Origin: Balanoglossus misakiensis
Taxonomy: Eukaryota > Animalia > Hemichordata
Reading direction: 5' to 3'
Assembly (NCBI GenBank): GCA_040954595.2
Contig: CM082576.2
Coordinates: 2,392,760 to 2,456,759, forward strand
Length of the DNA: 64,000 nucleotides
Positions 1-12,400 of this stretch are shown piece by piece. The notes under the pieces are model-generated. The model was not told the origin of the DNA. It saw only the letters and a program-made list of their open reading frames with translations, and did not search any database. Position 1 is the first letter of the stretch. The number at the start of each line of letters is the position of its first letter. The translations under genes were made by a program, and so were the position numbers.

Positions 1-657
1 CAGTCCCTGTATCTCATGCAAGAAGTTTCCTGTCAGTGTTAGAAATGTATGTGCATAGGAGATGTCTTGAAGTTTACCTAGTTTTTATACAGCTAAACAA
101 TTTGCTTCTGGATCTTAATCATTTGCACTGGGTATTGTCAAGTCAGTTTAATTCACAGCATTGCTGAAGACCCCGGGACAGTCGTACTACGGACTACGGA
201 ACTGCCCCCGTATCGATATCACACTCACAGGTACCGACGCTCGACAGCCACGGAGCATGCAACCGGGCATACTCCGTTTAATCTGTGATACAGAATACTG
301 TCAAAATTGAAACAGGTTGTTGAATGTCTGTGAAATAAATAGCCGGTTGAAAATAGCTAGATCTTCTCCTAGTCATGGTCTTTAATAGTGCATGTACACT
401 GTCGCTTTCACAGTCTGAAGAAGGAAACTGCTGTGTTGGCAGCGGAGACCTTGTCTTCTCCATGATTTCGGTCGGTCCTTCATCGATGTAAATACAAGTC
501 GACTCAAATGACACGAACGATAATATTTACTAAAACAGGAATTCCTCAATTGCTCATAAGATAGCAATAGAATCGATTATCTCGAGCCCACTCCAAACAT
601 CACTTTACAGATGACATATGTCAGCCTATGCAGTCACAACAAATCTCGTTCTCTCAC

Positions 658-838
658 CTTCAACAACTCGAAGACCGTACGTGCCGTCTAAATTCATATT
701 CTTGTACTCAGCTCGGTAATACTGCAGCACTTTGTCGAGAGCGTTTAGTACTGTGTACACTGTAATTTGTGATTTCTCGTCTGTGACTGGGATGCAAAAA
801 CATGATAAAATCAAAGGAACCAAAACAACGGACTTCAT
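658..838 (-). CDS. First coding exon of a secreted UPF0764/C16orf89-like protein (rest of gene lies left of the window or is unresolved)
   Basis: ATG at 838 then signal-peptide-like MKSVVLVPLILSCFC and VLNALDKVLQYYRAEYKNMNLDGTYGLRVVEG, resembling the N-terminal 'NLDGxxGxRVxE' segment of C16orf89 as recalled; GTGAG donor at 657. Confidence 0.6.
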
Positions 839-1891
839 TCTCACGTGCGTCGCCCTCAGCTTCTTCTTTTTTTAGATGTGCGAGTTCAAAGTTCACACGT
901 AAGGTCACGTGTCACACTCTCGAAACAGTAACTCCCAAATCAGATACACATATCAAATGAAAAATGTTCATGTTGACAACCATATTTCTCTGTCATGAAG
1001 AAAATAATGGAGCGGATGCTAGAAAATTGTTTCCTTTACAAAACCTGGTGTCTACAACACCATATATTTAATTAGAACTTCACCCAGACTGGGTAATGAA
1101 TCAGAAGTGGTGTGCATTCCATTGCAGACGCTAGATTTCTTTTTATAGTGCAACTGTGAGGTATACAATTTCACTCACTGCATTCAACCTAACTGGAATT
1201 TTAATAGCTGTTTAATTGCTTACTTTTCTATTAACTTTGAGATGTCTCCGCATCTTAATCAAAATGCCCTCAGAGAAAAATTGGGTCTTATTCATCACCA
1301 CTTCCCATTAACCATGAACACATTTATATATTTTTGACTATTCATAATAAAATTATGAATACTAACATTGATAAAATGGATGTGATATTTCCAAGGACAA
1401 CAGCTGATTTTATTTATACTGAGAGCATTGGCAGACTGACCAATGAGAGCTTGTGACGTGTCAGGTGCTAAATTTATATTTGATAAATGTTGCAAATTAT
1501 ACATTCAGCTGTACGTCTGTCAGCGGAACTGACCCAATTTCTGATCAATATGATATTTGTTGATTGCTCCCTTTTTACTCATTGCCCTACTAAGTGGTAT
1601 AAACCAGGTCAATTCGATGTATGATTTATAAAGATAAAACTAGAGATTGTATTTCATATTTATGCTTTTAATAAATAAGACAGAAGGAAATCTTACATCT
1701 TTGAAAAAAAAAAAAAATAATTGTGTCTTTATAGAATAACCACATTTTTGCAAGAATTGTCTGCGGGGAAATTTTAAAAGAGTACAAAAATGCATATCTA
1801 GAGAAACCTAATAGGAGAAAGTCATGATTATCAAATTGCAATTGACCTGTCTGCTGAAAATTACTTTGAAAATGCTTTCTCTAACAATACT

Positions 1892-3929
1892 TTATTTGTC
1901 TTTTTTGTCAAGTTCTTTGGCGGCCATATTGAGAGCGAGTTGAGGGGCAAAGTATCCCCCGATCCGGTCAATGAAGTGACCAGAACCAATAAGTGACAGT
2001 AAACTGTACAGGCTGTAATGGGCCCCACACTGGTACTTGAATCGTGGTTTCTGTGACAGCAATGCCTCGGTAACAGCATTGGCCATGGAGAACAAGTCTT
2101 CAAATGTCACAGAGGGCGACGTTTGGGCTTTGACAGCTTCCAGCAGGTGATCTATGTAACCTTGGCCGTACAAATGTTGTTGTTCTTCGGTCAGTTCATC
2201 TTTGATGCTTTGGTGAAAATCTTGCAGACCTGACTCCGAGATGATGTCTGTCGAAAAAAAAAATGTGATTTTACCAGTAAAATTTGGTGGGTCACACATA
2301 TCAGGGCCTGCAACTACAAGTGGGTATATCTCTACTGCCTGTTACAAAGGAGTTACATGTACTCTACAACAGAAATACTGTACAGACTTTAATTTGTGGC
2401 AGATGAGAGATTTCTTCCTCTTCATTTTCCTACTTACCCATTTCTCTGATTGGTGGCTGAATCATGCAGACATTGACACCCCATTTCTTCATTTCCAATC
2501 GTAATACATGACTCATACCTTCCACTGCATGCGAAGACATTGTATGGCCCACAGTTTTCTCCGCTGTGAAATTTCCTGCAATCAGAAGTCAAGACTTTCT
2601 CTGTATTTATTCCCAACAGTTTCATGAGCAACAAGTCACTAACAGACATCAGACAACTAAAAAAAACATAAAAGATTAACTACCACAGAATACATAAAAG
2701 GCAAAGGGTTACCAAAAAGGAATATGTCATCTGAATGACCTGTGACCTGCAATTGTTACCTGTGAATGTGAAGTTAATAAATCTGCCTCTGTACTGTCTG
2801 ATGAGTGGAATGAAGGCTTTGCACACACGGAACTGTCCCATGGCGTTGATATCAAACTCCTGCTCAAGTTTCTTGGTGGGGAACAGTTCGAAGTCTGCAA
2901 TCTGTACAATGGCTGCTGTGTTTATCACACCCCACAGGCAAACTGTAGAAACAAGAAGATTTGAACAGAAGGTGACACATAATTCACTGGCTTGCTTGCA
3001 AGTTTGAAACAAAACATATTTCCTCACCTCCATCTTCAAGCTTTTCACTCACAAACTCCACAGCCTGTGAGATCTGACTTGCACTAGTGACGTCTAACTG
3101 CAGAGTCGCCAGACGATCTGAACACTGAGACTTGAGCTGTCGTTCCCCCTCACCATCTTGATACATGCACCCGGCAAACACCTGGAATCCCAACCTGTCC
3201 AGGTGGCAGGCTAAGGAATATCCCGCTATGCCAGTATCACAACCTGCAAGGCAAGATGGGAGAATTTTAATTTTATTTTGAAAGTTTCTTCTGTTGTCTA
3301 GTGAAACCATCTTGAACATATGAAGATGTAACATCACCATGGCAACAGGCATTACTAACAATTAAAATGGAGTCCACTGCAATACCGGTAAATTTGAAAC
3401 ATGAAGAATTTGCTTTTGGATTTCTGTTTCATGACACTTGTTGCTTTCTCAGTATTATAAATAAAAGCTTGTCCTGTTTGACTGTCTTAATCTGTATCTA
3501 CCCCCCCCCCCCCCCACCATTAATTTTATTCATGGCCAAGTCTGCATTAAAATTTATGTGCGAACAGTATATTAATCAATACTAATTATTGTTTAATCTT
3601 CTTTCATTTTACCCACCTGTGATCAATACTGCTTTATTAGCAATCATCAATAGAGGGCGTGGTAACTGTGAATATATCATAGCCAGGATGAGACAGAAAA
3701 CAACTGTGCCGATGAAATTGTTGAATATAATGCTGCATGCCACAGCTGAAACACATATTACAGTCAGGGATCGAGTGAATGACTTCTTATCAAGCCTTAT
3801 AACATCTCTCAGATGACGGAGGACGATGAATATGATGAAGAAAACGCCCACTGTGGAGTAAGCGTTCATGTTAGTGACCCAAACATTCTTTGTGGATGGC
3901 TCCTTGTTATTTGCAGCGGCGCTCTCCAT
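1892..3929 (-). CDS. Membrane-anchored short-chain dehydrogenase/reductase-fold protein (SDR9C: BDH1/RDH/HSD17B2-like), ~401 aa, catalytic residues substituted
   Basis: Exons 3929-3617, 3243-3028, 2942-2760, 2575-2438, 2247-1892, all GT-AG and phase-compatible (1206 nt). Hydrophobic N-terminus, KAVLITGCDTGIAG, LGFQVFAGC, LQLDVT, LWGVINTAA, LRLEMKKWGVNVCMIQP, AVTEALLSQKPRFKY. Confidence 0.85.
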
Positions 3930-5824
3930 GTACCTTCTGAAAAATGAGAAAAAAAGAGTGTATTAAAAATAAGATGCCTTAGATGCACTGCCTCTGCCTC
4001 CTCGGAAAGATGGGGACCCCTAGGGTTAACATCAACACGCAATGTTTTCAGAAATAATCATGTAACTGTGAGAATGCGCCGACCAGCTGTTCATGTCAGG
4101 TTGTCCGCAGTGTTGTCACCGTGACCAGGTATCGGGTAACGTTGCCCACCATTTGCTGTTGTGAGCTTGCTGTCGACCTGTTGTCATACTCATACTATCA
4201 CTGTCCGGACACATACTCTTAACGCGCTCTCAACTACGGGGCGACCTGTCCCGGACACCAGCGATGAACCACTCTTCCATCAATCGTATCTGACCTCTGA
4301 TCACTCTGAAGTAAAATCTAACTATTTGCCATACCTGTACGTGTCCATCGCGTAATCGGTAACGTACGGTCAGTTGCACTTTCCCCTTCGATCGTCCCGT
4401 CCGTCCGTCCCTTATCTTCCCGTCCCAGACCCGGCGGATCGATCAAGCCCGCCGCCTACGTTTAATATCTTAAATACGTGTTTCGTGGCGCCCTCTTTCG
4501 TCCAGGGTAAAAAACAACATTTTCTCCCCATTGGGAAATTTGAATGCATCTCGAAATGCTCTCTTCAAAAACGCTACATATCCATGGTAAATCCTATCGA
4601 GCATCAATTTTTTAATCAAACTCTAACATTCCTAACAAATGCGTTTTTTTGAAATATACTTTTTATTTGAAAATTTCAATCAACTCTTGTATCACATTTT
4701 AACACTGAAAGTGAAAAATAGACAAAGTATGCTTCTTTAATATTGTAAATGATCAAATCAGTTGAAGTACAGACGTCAGCATAAACTACAGACTATGAAC
4801 TGAACAAAATATAGAATATACACAGCAAGCAAAAAGAAATTGTGGTTTTCAAAAAGAACTTTGCAAGTGGTAAGTGGGTTTCAAGACACCCATTGCAAAT
4901 CTGGTGAACAGAAGCGCGGTATTTGAGCGATGAGTCAGACCACCTTTAATTTTTTTTAATAACCAATTTTGTAATGAATTTTCTATTTAAATCTTACAAT
5001 GAACACAACAAACAAACAAACATGGGTGCTGTGCATACACAGATTCTGGCTGATGTAAAGTCTAGTAAAATCACAAGTGTGATCTACATAAACAGCACCT
5101 TTCATGTCTTTGAGGTACAAATACAATTTTGTAACCCATATCAAAAACCCAGCATTCAATATTTTAAACCAATGTCAATAAAACCCACAAATTTTTACCT
5201 ACTTTGAATAGGCTGGCAAATATTTACCAATACAAAGAGCCCCATAATCATGAACACCATAAATTGTTTATCCATGGTAAAGAACTCTGCTAAGTTTAAG
5301 TTTATCCCCATTGCAGCAATAAATCTTGTATTTTCCTACCCTGTTTCTAATCCCTCTCTGATAACAGCTTCAAAAATTATCTTTAGCAAGAAAACAACTT
5401 GCGAGTAAATTCACAATTTCATGAAATTGTCTCATAACATCAACCCAAGCTGCAAAAAGCCTTTCATAAAACTATTTATATATTGAAAAGGTTTGCTTGT
5501 AGAATAAAATTTATTAATATCTTGACACTATGAAAAATATACGATCTCATCACATTTGTTTCATTGTGGTTTATCAAAAAACACTTTCAGTCAGTTTCTA
5601 ACAGGTGGCTGTTATGCAGGACACAAAATGGCTGAAATGTAACCATGACAACAAATACATTGTATCTAGAAAGTGAAGCAAGAATTGGCAGCAATAAGAC
5701 ACACACAAAAACAAGAAAAACAAATGTATGCATGGAATAGTAAAGTTTAAACTTTTCTTCACACAAAATCTCTAACATCAAAGATATAAATTTATTTCAA
5801 ATTTACTCACTCTGTGCTGACTTG

Positions 5825-5870
5825 TACTAACAAGTTTACTACTACTATACTAACAAGTTTACTACTACTG
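5825..5870. repeat. 23-bp tandem duplication (tactaacaagtttactactact x2)
   Basis: Two adjacent copies at 5825-5847 and 5848-5870 differing only in the last base. Confidence 0.9.
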
Positions 5871-6432
5871 TACTATTCACCCACTGGTGATGTGCACAAA
5901 AATTAGTTTTTATATTTTGCAAATAAATTTGGCAGTAAAGGGTACAATGTCAGGATAATTTGAGGATTGAAGGATAGTGAAGATATCAAATGAACAGTAC
6001 TGTTGAAAGACATGCCCAAGAAAGTTGAAACAAATGATAATCCATATTTTCATGGGCTATCAATATCAAAGTGATGTAAATAAAAACGCTTACATTAATT
6101 GATTTCATATATGGTACTGTGTTGCTATACTGAGCTGTGGGACAAAATATCACTTTGTCATATGTCATAATATAGGAAGCGCTGCTTTACTGAACATTGT
6201 CAAGTTCTAAGCACATACACACGGTATAACTTACAGAACTGGGTATTTCATATAATATCAATGCAAGATTGTTGAATACTGAGTTGTGTTTGGCGGTTCT
6301 AACCTGAGTCTAGATTGTGGCACTATTTTTTAATGTAAGCTCTTGGCACTTGAAACTAACGATAGTTTTTAAAACAGTGTTTCCTCCCGTCTTCTGTTTC
6401 ATCAACTATTAAGCTGGCCCGGCCTCTTCGCA

Positions 6433-9400
6433 TCAGAGTGTTTCCCATTTACTGATACATGCAGGGCCCTTGGTGGCGTAGTCTTGTCTGGTCACACACA
6501 TGTGACTGAATGCATTCAGGCTCGTCAGAATACAGGCACCGAGGTAGGCGGAGTGGTATCTCTCGGCTGCTGCATGTATCTGCAGAGAGAACATATCCAA
6601 AAATATAAATGGACAATACTGAACATTATTAGTGAGGTGCACATCAGACGATTTATGCCAGGTGCAGGTTTTAATTCGATCCAAAATAAACAATAATCCT
6701 CAAAAATCAAACAACAGAAATTGGAGTCTTGCATTCTAAGGAAACTGCCGCACCAAGATTGCAACATAACTATTTCCTTGTACAAGCAAAAGCCCCTACG
6801 TCCTTGTTTCCTAAACATTCAAGACGATTACGTCAGACTACACTATACTGTGAAGGGATTAGACGCAGCTGAAAAGCTGAGTACAATGCATGTGATAGGC
6901 ACTCTAATCTTGACAAAAGCAAAGGCGATTTCTCAGATGAATCTGCAAAACGGATTACTCATAACATATTAGTGGTGGTGAACACAAATGGGGTACACTG
7001 AGAAAATTTGTGTCCACGTAATTTTCTTTTATATGAAGTACCAGTAACTTTTGAAATAAAAAAATGGCTGCCATTCTCTCGGAAAATTTTACCCCCCTGA
7101 TTTACCAAGCATGTGACAATTAAAAAGTAACCTTATACACAGCTTCCTTGAAAGGAAAATGTTGCCTATTTATGGCATGTTTTACTTCCTGCTTTGTCTC
7201 CTATGGAAAGCTATGACTAAGAGACTTTAAGACAGACAGGCAAGTTTTACCTGAATGACCAGGGACTTGGGAAATAACTTGACCAGCTCAGCTTGTAATC
7301 TTTCCGGGAAACCTGGTGTCAGAGTCACTCCTCCACTCAGATAAATACTCCTGCAAAAAATAACAGGACTTTCACATTATTCGCATATTTTTTTAAATAT
7401 AATGTAATACATTGTATAGTATCTGGGGAACTCAGAAACACTTATAGTAAAGGTGAACTTTTTTTGCTCAGGAAGTATTTGGAGAAGAGTTCAAACCAGT
7501 ATTGCTCTTCTCATAACCAAGCGATTAAAAGTTAATTTGTCACAATGAGGCAGATTCTTTGTTGAGAATGGCAATAACAGGAATATTTGGGAAATGTTTG
7601 AACACAGTGCTACTTGTTCTGTAAACTCATCGCAGCACACACAATCAAAGTGATTATCTCAGAAGTAATTGCAGGGATATTAGCACCATCTCTTAGAAAC
7701 AATAAAACTATTAACATATATATTAGAATTCAATTGAACACCAGGTGTCAGATTCCTGGAGTGACAGTCCGTAAAGGATATCTGACCTGCACATTTGTCT
7801 CCTGACGTCGATGCTACACGCCTGTACTGCCTTGTGGATCAGTTTGGGCAAGCCAACGTTGTCCAATCCCCACAAATCCGGGTTGAAGAGACCCTCCAAG
7901 CAACGGAAGCGGGCACTGTCAAAAGTCATACTCCTGGAGAGAGGGGGAATTATAAAAAGAAGGCATAAATTTTAATTTTATTGTTATATTCCTGTAAGGA
8001 ATGGAGGAAATTCAGTGGAAGTTGGATGTACCGGTAGATGCATCCTTATCTGTATGACTGTCAGTTCCTGTTTTTTTTCAGTCGGAATGAAACTGACAAG
8101 GAACAAGGAACAAACTTGTCAAGGTCATTTGAGAATTACAGTGCACCAAAGCCACCGATGATTTTTCGGATTTGTAATTTGTCTCTAAATCTTACTTTGT
8201 TCCGTCTGGCAGGTTGTACGGTTCCAAGTCAATGGTAGCGGTGAACAAGCCTGCATCATCAGCACACTGACTCAACTCGACATCATAGTCTTGTGCCACA
8301 TAAGAGACCTGGGAGACAGACACAAAGCAATGCAACACACCATCAAATGACGCTGCCAGTGAAAATACCTTAGGCACATAAACCAAAACCACAATTGTAC
8401 CAAACGATAACATTTCTGACATTATTTATGCATGTGCTGATGCACTCATGGCGTTTCAGGCTACGCAATGGTTGACTCCTTATAAGGAGTTGCTAGAAAT
8501 TACCTTAGAGGTTAGAGGGGGGTGTTTTGAAGGAATGGGTTGAACAGGTGAAGGTTTCTTGTTTATCACTTGCAATGAAACTGACGTGATCATCACTTGG
8601 CATGTTTTACTTCTTTTCAGGTATGTGTGTGCTTTGCTGCAAGTCTGCTGTTATGACTATGCACAATGATATCAATCTGGCAATAAATAGCCACCCATAC
8701 AAGACTGCCACCATGATTGAACATTTTGTACTCATGGTGGTATGTTTTATTGAAATTTAGTGGCAATAACTAATGACTAATACTCAACTCTGAAAGCTTG
8801 GCATTTGTTCAACTGAACTGTTGTCACATGACTTGCCCTCAAAATTTAAGGAGAACCTAATTTTCTAAACTTGAACACTTCAAGCCACAATTATTTATTG
8901 ACGTCCAGTCTTGCATTGTTCACCGGATACAGCATTGTGAAATATGATAGGCAACTATGACCCCTGGCTGTGTCTATTGTTTCAGACATAAAATGTGAGA
9001 CCGCACATGTCAAGGGAATTCGCATGTTCACTACATGCTGGGCTGTGTACATTTCATGGGTCACTTGCAAACATCCACTATGACCACAATTTTTACTGTG
9101 CAATACTACACACACAGACACATGTCATGATGCCAAAGTTGAATCTGAAACTTCCACTTACTTTTTCCTTCAGAAACCTTGGAATGAATGTTTCTGCCTG
9201 TGTTGAGTACCTGCAAGATTAATTACAAATAATTATAATCAAAGTCACAGAAATAATTGCCAAGGGCATGGCGGTATCTGTTATAACGTTTCCATGCTAA
9301 AAACACAAACCAGCTCAACAGAATGGACCAACCATCCTGCCTGATCGTGTTACTCATTAAAACCACTCTGCCTCCAAGAAATGAACTCGCATTTAATGAC

Positions 9401-12400
9401 AAACAAATGAGAAAATCAGCAAGTGTTGAAAACATGGTTGACATCTCACGCAAAGGAATGGAATCTGTGAGATCACATCCTTGGCCCAGATTTCTTCACC
9501 CTGTGGTAACTCGAGAAACTCACTTATAACTTTTGTATCCTGATTCAGTGAGCAGTCGGTTGAGATGATCAGAACTTTCCCTGCCTCCATAGTACAGACG
9601 GCTCACTCCTCCTTCCAGTATAAAGCCATCCACTACAGGCACCACATTGATGTGCTCACCCACGTCAACTGATACATAGAACCAATGCAAAAAATATGTT
9701 ACATTCTGATGAAGTTTTGTTATGTGAAAGTGTTTTCATTTCATTTTGTAAAAATTCCCTGCATAGAAAAATAAATGGTATTGAAATATGCAATACGCCA
9801 GAAAGATGGGAAAAAAGTGATAAATCACGGATGGATATGGTTTTACATTACTCACCAATCACACCAGTAGTTGTGTTGTAGGAATACAGCGAAAATATTG
9901 ACTGTTCTTGGATGTAGATACCAGCTACATCAAAATGATTGAACAGGATCTCGGCAAACTTCACCTGGAAATGAAGAGAATGATAAAGTCTTTAGAACTT
10001 TCTCTGCCACTGTTGAAATTTTTGTAAAATTTTGTAGCTATGGCATTCTTTGTCAGTGTTATGGTTTTTTACCTTGCCTTCCACACCAAGATTTCTGTGA
10101 GTTACCACGACAACAGTATACTGGGTTGGATCAATGGCAAGCTCATCGAACACTTTTTCCATTATATCTCTGATCGCATCCATGTTGAGACCCAACTGCA
10201 GGGAAAAATGCAAATTTAGTAACAATTGGAATGTTATCATTTGCCAGGAATAAAAAAAATTAGGTTTCAGAAGTTCACAAGATGACGTGTACTTTGTCGC
10301 TGTTTTGTGTGAGAGCAACAGAGGAAAGACACATTGGTATGGTAGAAAGTATTTTAATGGCAATACATATCAGGACTATTGAATGTGCTTGAGTGTGTCT
10401 GTGTGAATGTCTTTCCTGTGTGTCATATTATACTGGCATTAACTTCAGATATAAATTTAAATTCTCAGACAGAAAAACATAATAGCTGATTCAGAATCTT
10501 AATTCACTACCAAGAAGAACAATTTCCTAAAAAAAATTCACTTCAGACTTACCCTGTCCATTTTCATGGAGTGTCTAATGGGAAAGCTGAGCTGGCATTT
10601 TTCCCGGATTTCTGGAGGCAATGCCTGGAAGCCGTAGTATTTCTTGCTGGCATCGTTCTTCTCCGTGGCGCAGATTGTGGGAAAGAAGAGCTGAGGTGCC
10701 GTGATGGTCTGGTCTATCTCAGTATCCGGCAAAATGCCAGCACGCACGGAACAAGTACCGATGTCTACGATTACAATGGACTGCAGAGAAAACACATGTA
10801 GGGTACAGGGTCATATAATGAAGGGTTAACTTTCATCCAACAACTAATACATGTACTGAATAACTCACAAAGGTAATTATTTTCACCTGGATATAATTCT
10901 GTTGCTCACTCTTCACAGCAGTTATAAATATTTATTCAGAAAACCTGATGACTGTGGAATCAAGTGTTGTGTTAAACTCTACACTGAAATGTCGGTGCGA
11001 AAGCATTTGTCAGTCAGAGGTGACTGGCTTGACATACTGAGAGGTCAAAAAACCGATTGCTATGATTAATAACAAAGTATTATCTAATATATCCTTGGGG
11101 GCTCAAATTTCAAATAATGCACATCGCACATGTTTGAATTTATTTCATTTAAGTCTAATAAAGCTCAGCGTGACCAGAATGAATGCATTTCTCTCATAAA
11201 AACCCAGAACAACAAATGACTGACAAAACATATTGATATCAGAGAAAACCATTAACCTCATTTTTTAAAGTTTCAAAGTTGTCAGTGTAAGTTCTTTTGA
11301 ACAAAACATTATGTCTTAGAATTTAAGCGAAATCCGCGTTTGAAGTCAATTTCTTTTTAATGGCAAGGGTAACTACAAGCGAGAGCTCACACAGGGACTA
11401 CCATCGTCACACAGAATTAAAAAATCCCTTCAAGGTGCCAGCAATTCACACTGTCACAGTGGACCTCCGTAATGTCCAGATTCATCATTAACCCCTACCC
11501 TCCAATACACCAGAATGGCCACTCACTTGGACAGACAAATGCCTTTATGACTAGGTTTATTTCATGTTATCTGGAGAGCACAGGTCAAAGGTTGACACAA
11601 GCTGACACATAATACAGGGGTGTCAGTACCAATGTCTTGTACAACACGTATGTCGCAGGATACACCACCACACAAAACCATGACTATAAAGTTAGGGAAA
11701 CTGCATTTATATCAAATAGTTTTGGTTGATCAGACTGCAAGCATCAGATTACTGTGCAAGATTTGAAAAAGCAATCATTAATCATTTACGGTAATATCAT
11801 ACATGAATTAATGCTTATCAATTTTCAAAGGTAATCAATTTGTCCTTTGCCAATTTCCTTTGATTAATGAAATTCCTTCGTCAGTCAGGAAGTACGCTTT
11901 TATGCAATTAATCAGTTAAATGCATTGTAATTATTGTAATTTGTCATAGTGGCACAATGCTGGATAGTGATTATTCAACACTGGCATATGATGCCTGATC
12001 TGTTCCACCGACCAGTATAAATCATGTGCAGTGCACTCAAAGACTGCTGCAGTGGTTAATTCACAGCCCACAATGGGTAAACAGTTTACCCTCGGCAGAT
12101 ATCCTCCACTGCAGATTTTATGAACTGCAAAAGTTCAGAGAGGTTTTCAGACCTTTCACCCCTGCTTCCCTGCTAATGGATCCACCCAACCACTGAGGAC
12201 AAAGCATTGGACCAAAGCTCGGAGGTGAAAGCGTTAAAAGCGGTCAATGTTTACTCATCATCTTCTGCGATATCAAAATACGAAGGAATCGATACATTGT
12301 GGGTCAAAACCCCTTTCAGCTCCCCTACCAGTGCTGACAGTGCAATATTTTCATATCATGTATCTCTTTACTCTGCAACCATAATGTTTATAGCCTGTCT

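Noticed and set aside
170-280. CpG-rich patch within the C16orf89-like intron
   Set aside because: No ORF, tRNA fold or terminal repeats recognised; possibly a repeat fragment but unsupported.
12250-12375. Protein-like minus-strand stretch YENIALSALVGELKGVLTHNVSIPSYFDIAEDDE* as an alternative exon
   Set aside because: Preceded by an in-frame TGA after the nearest acceptor, so it cannot be spliced in frame.
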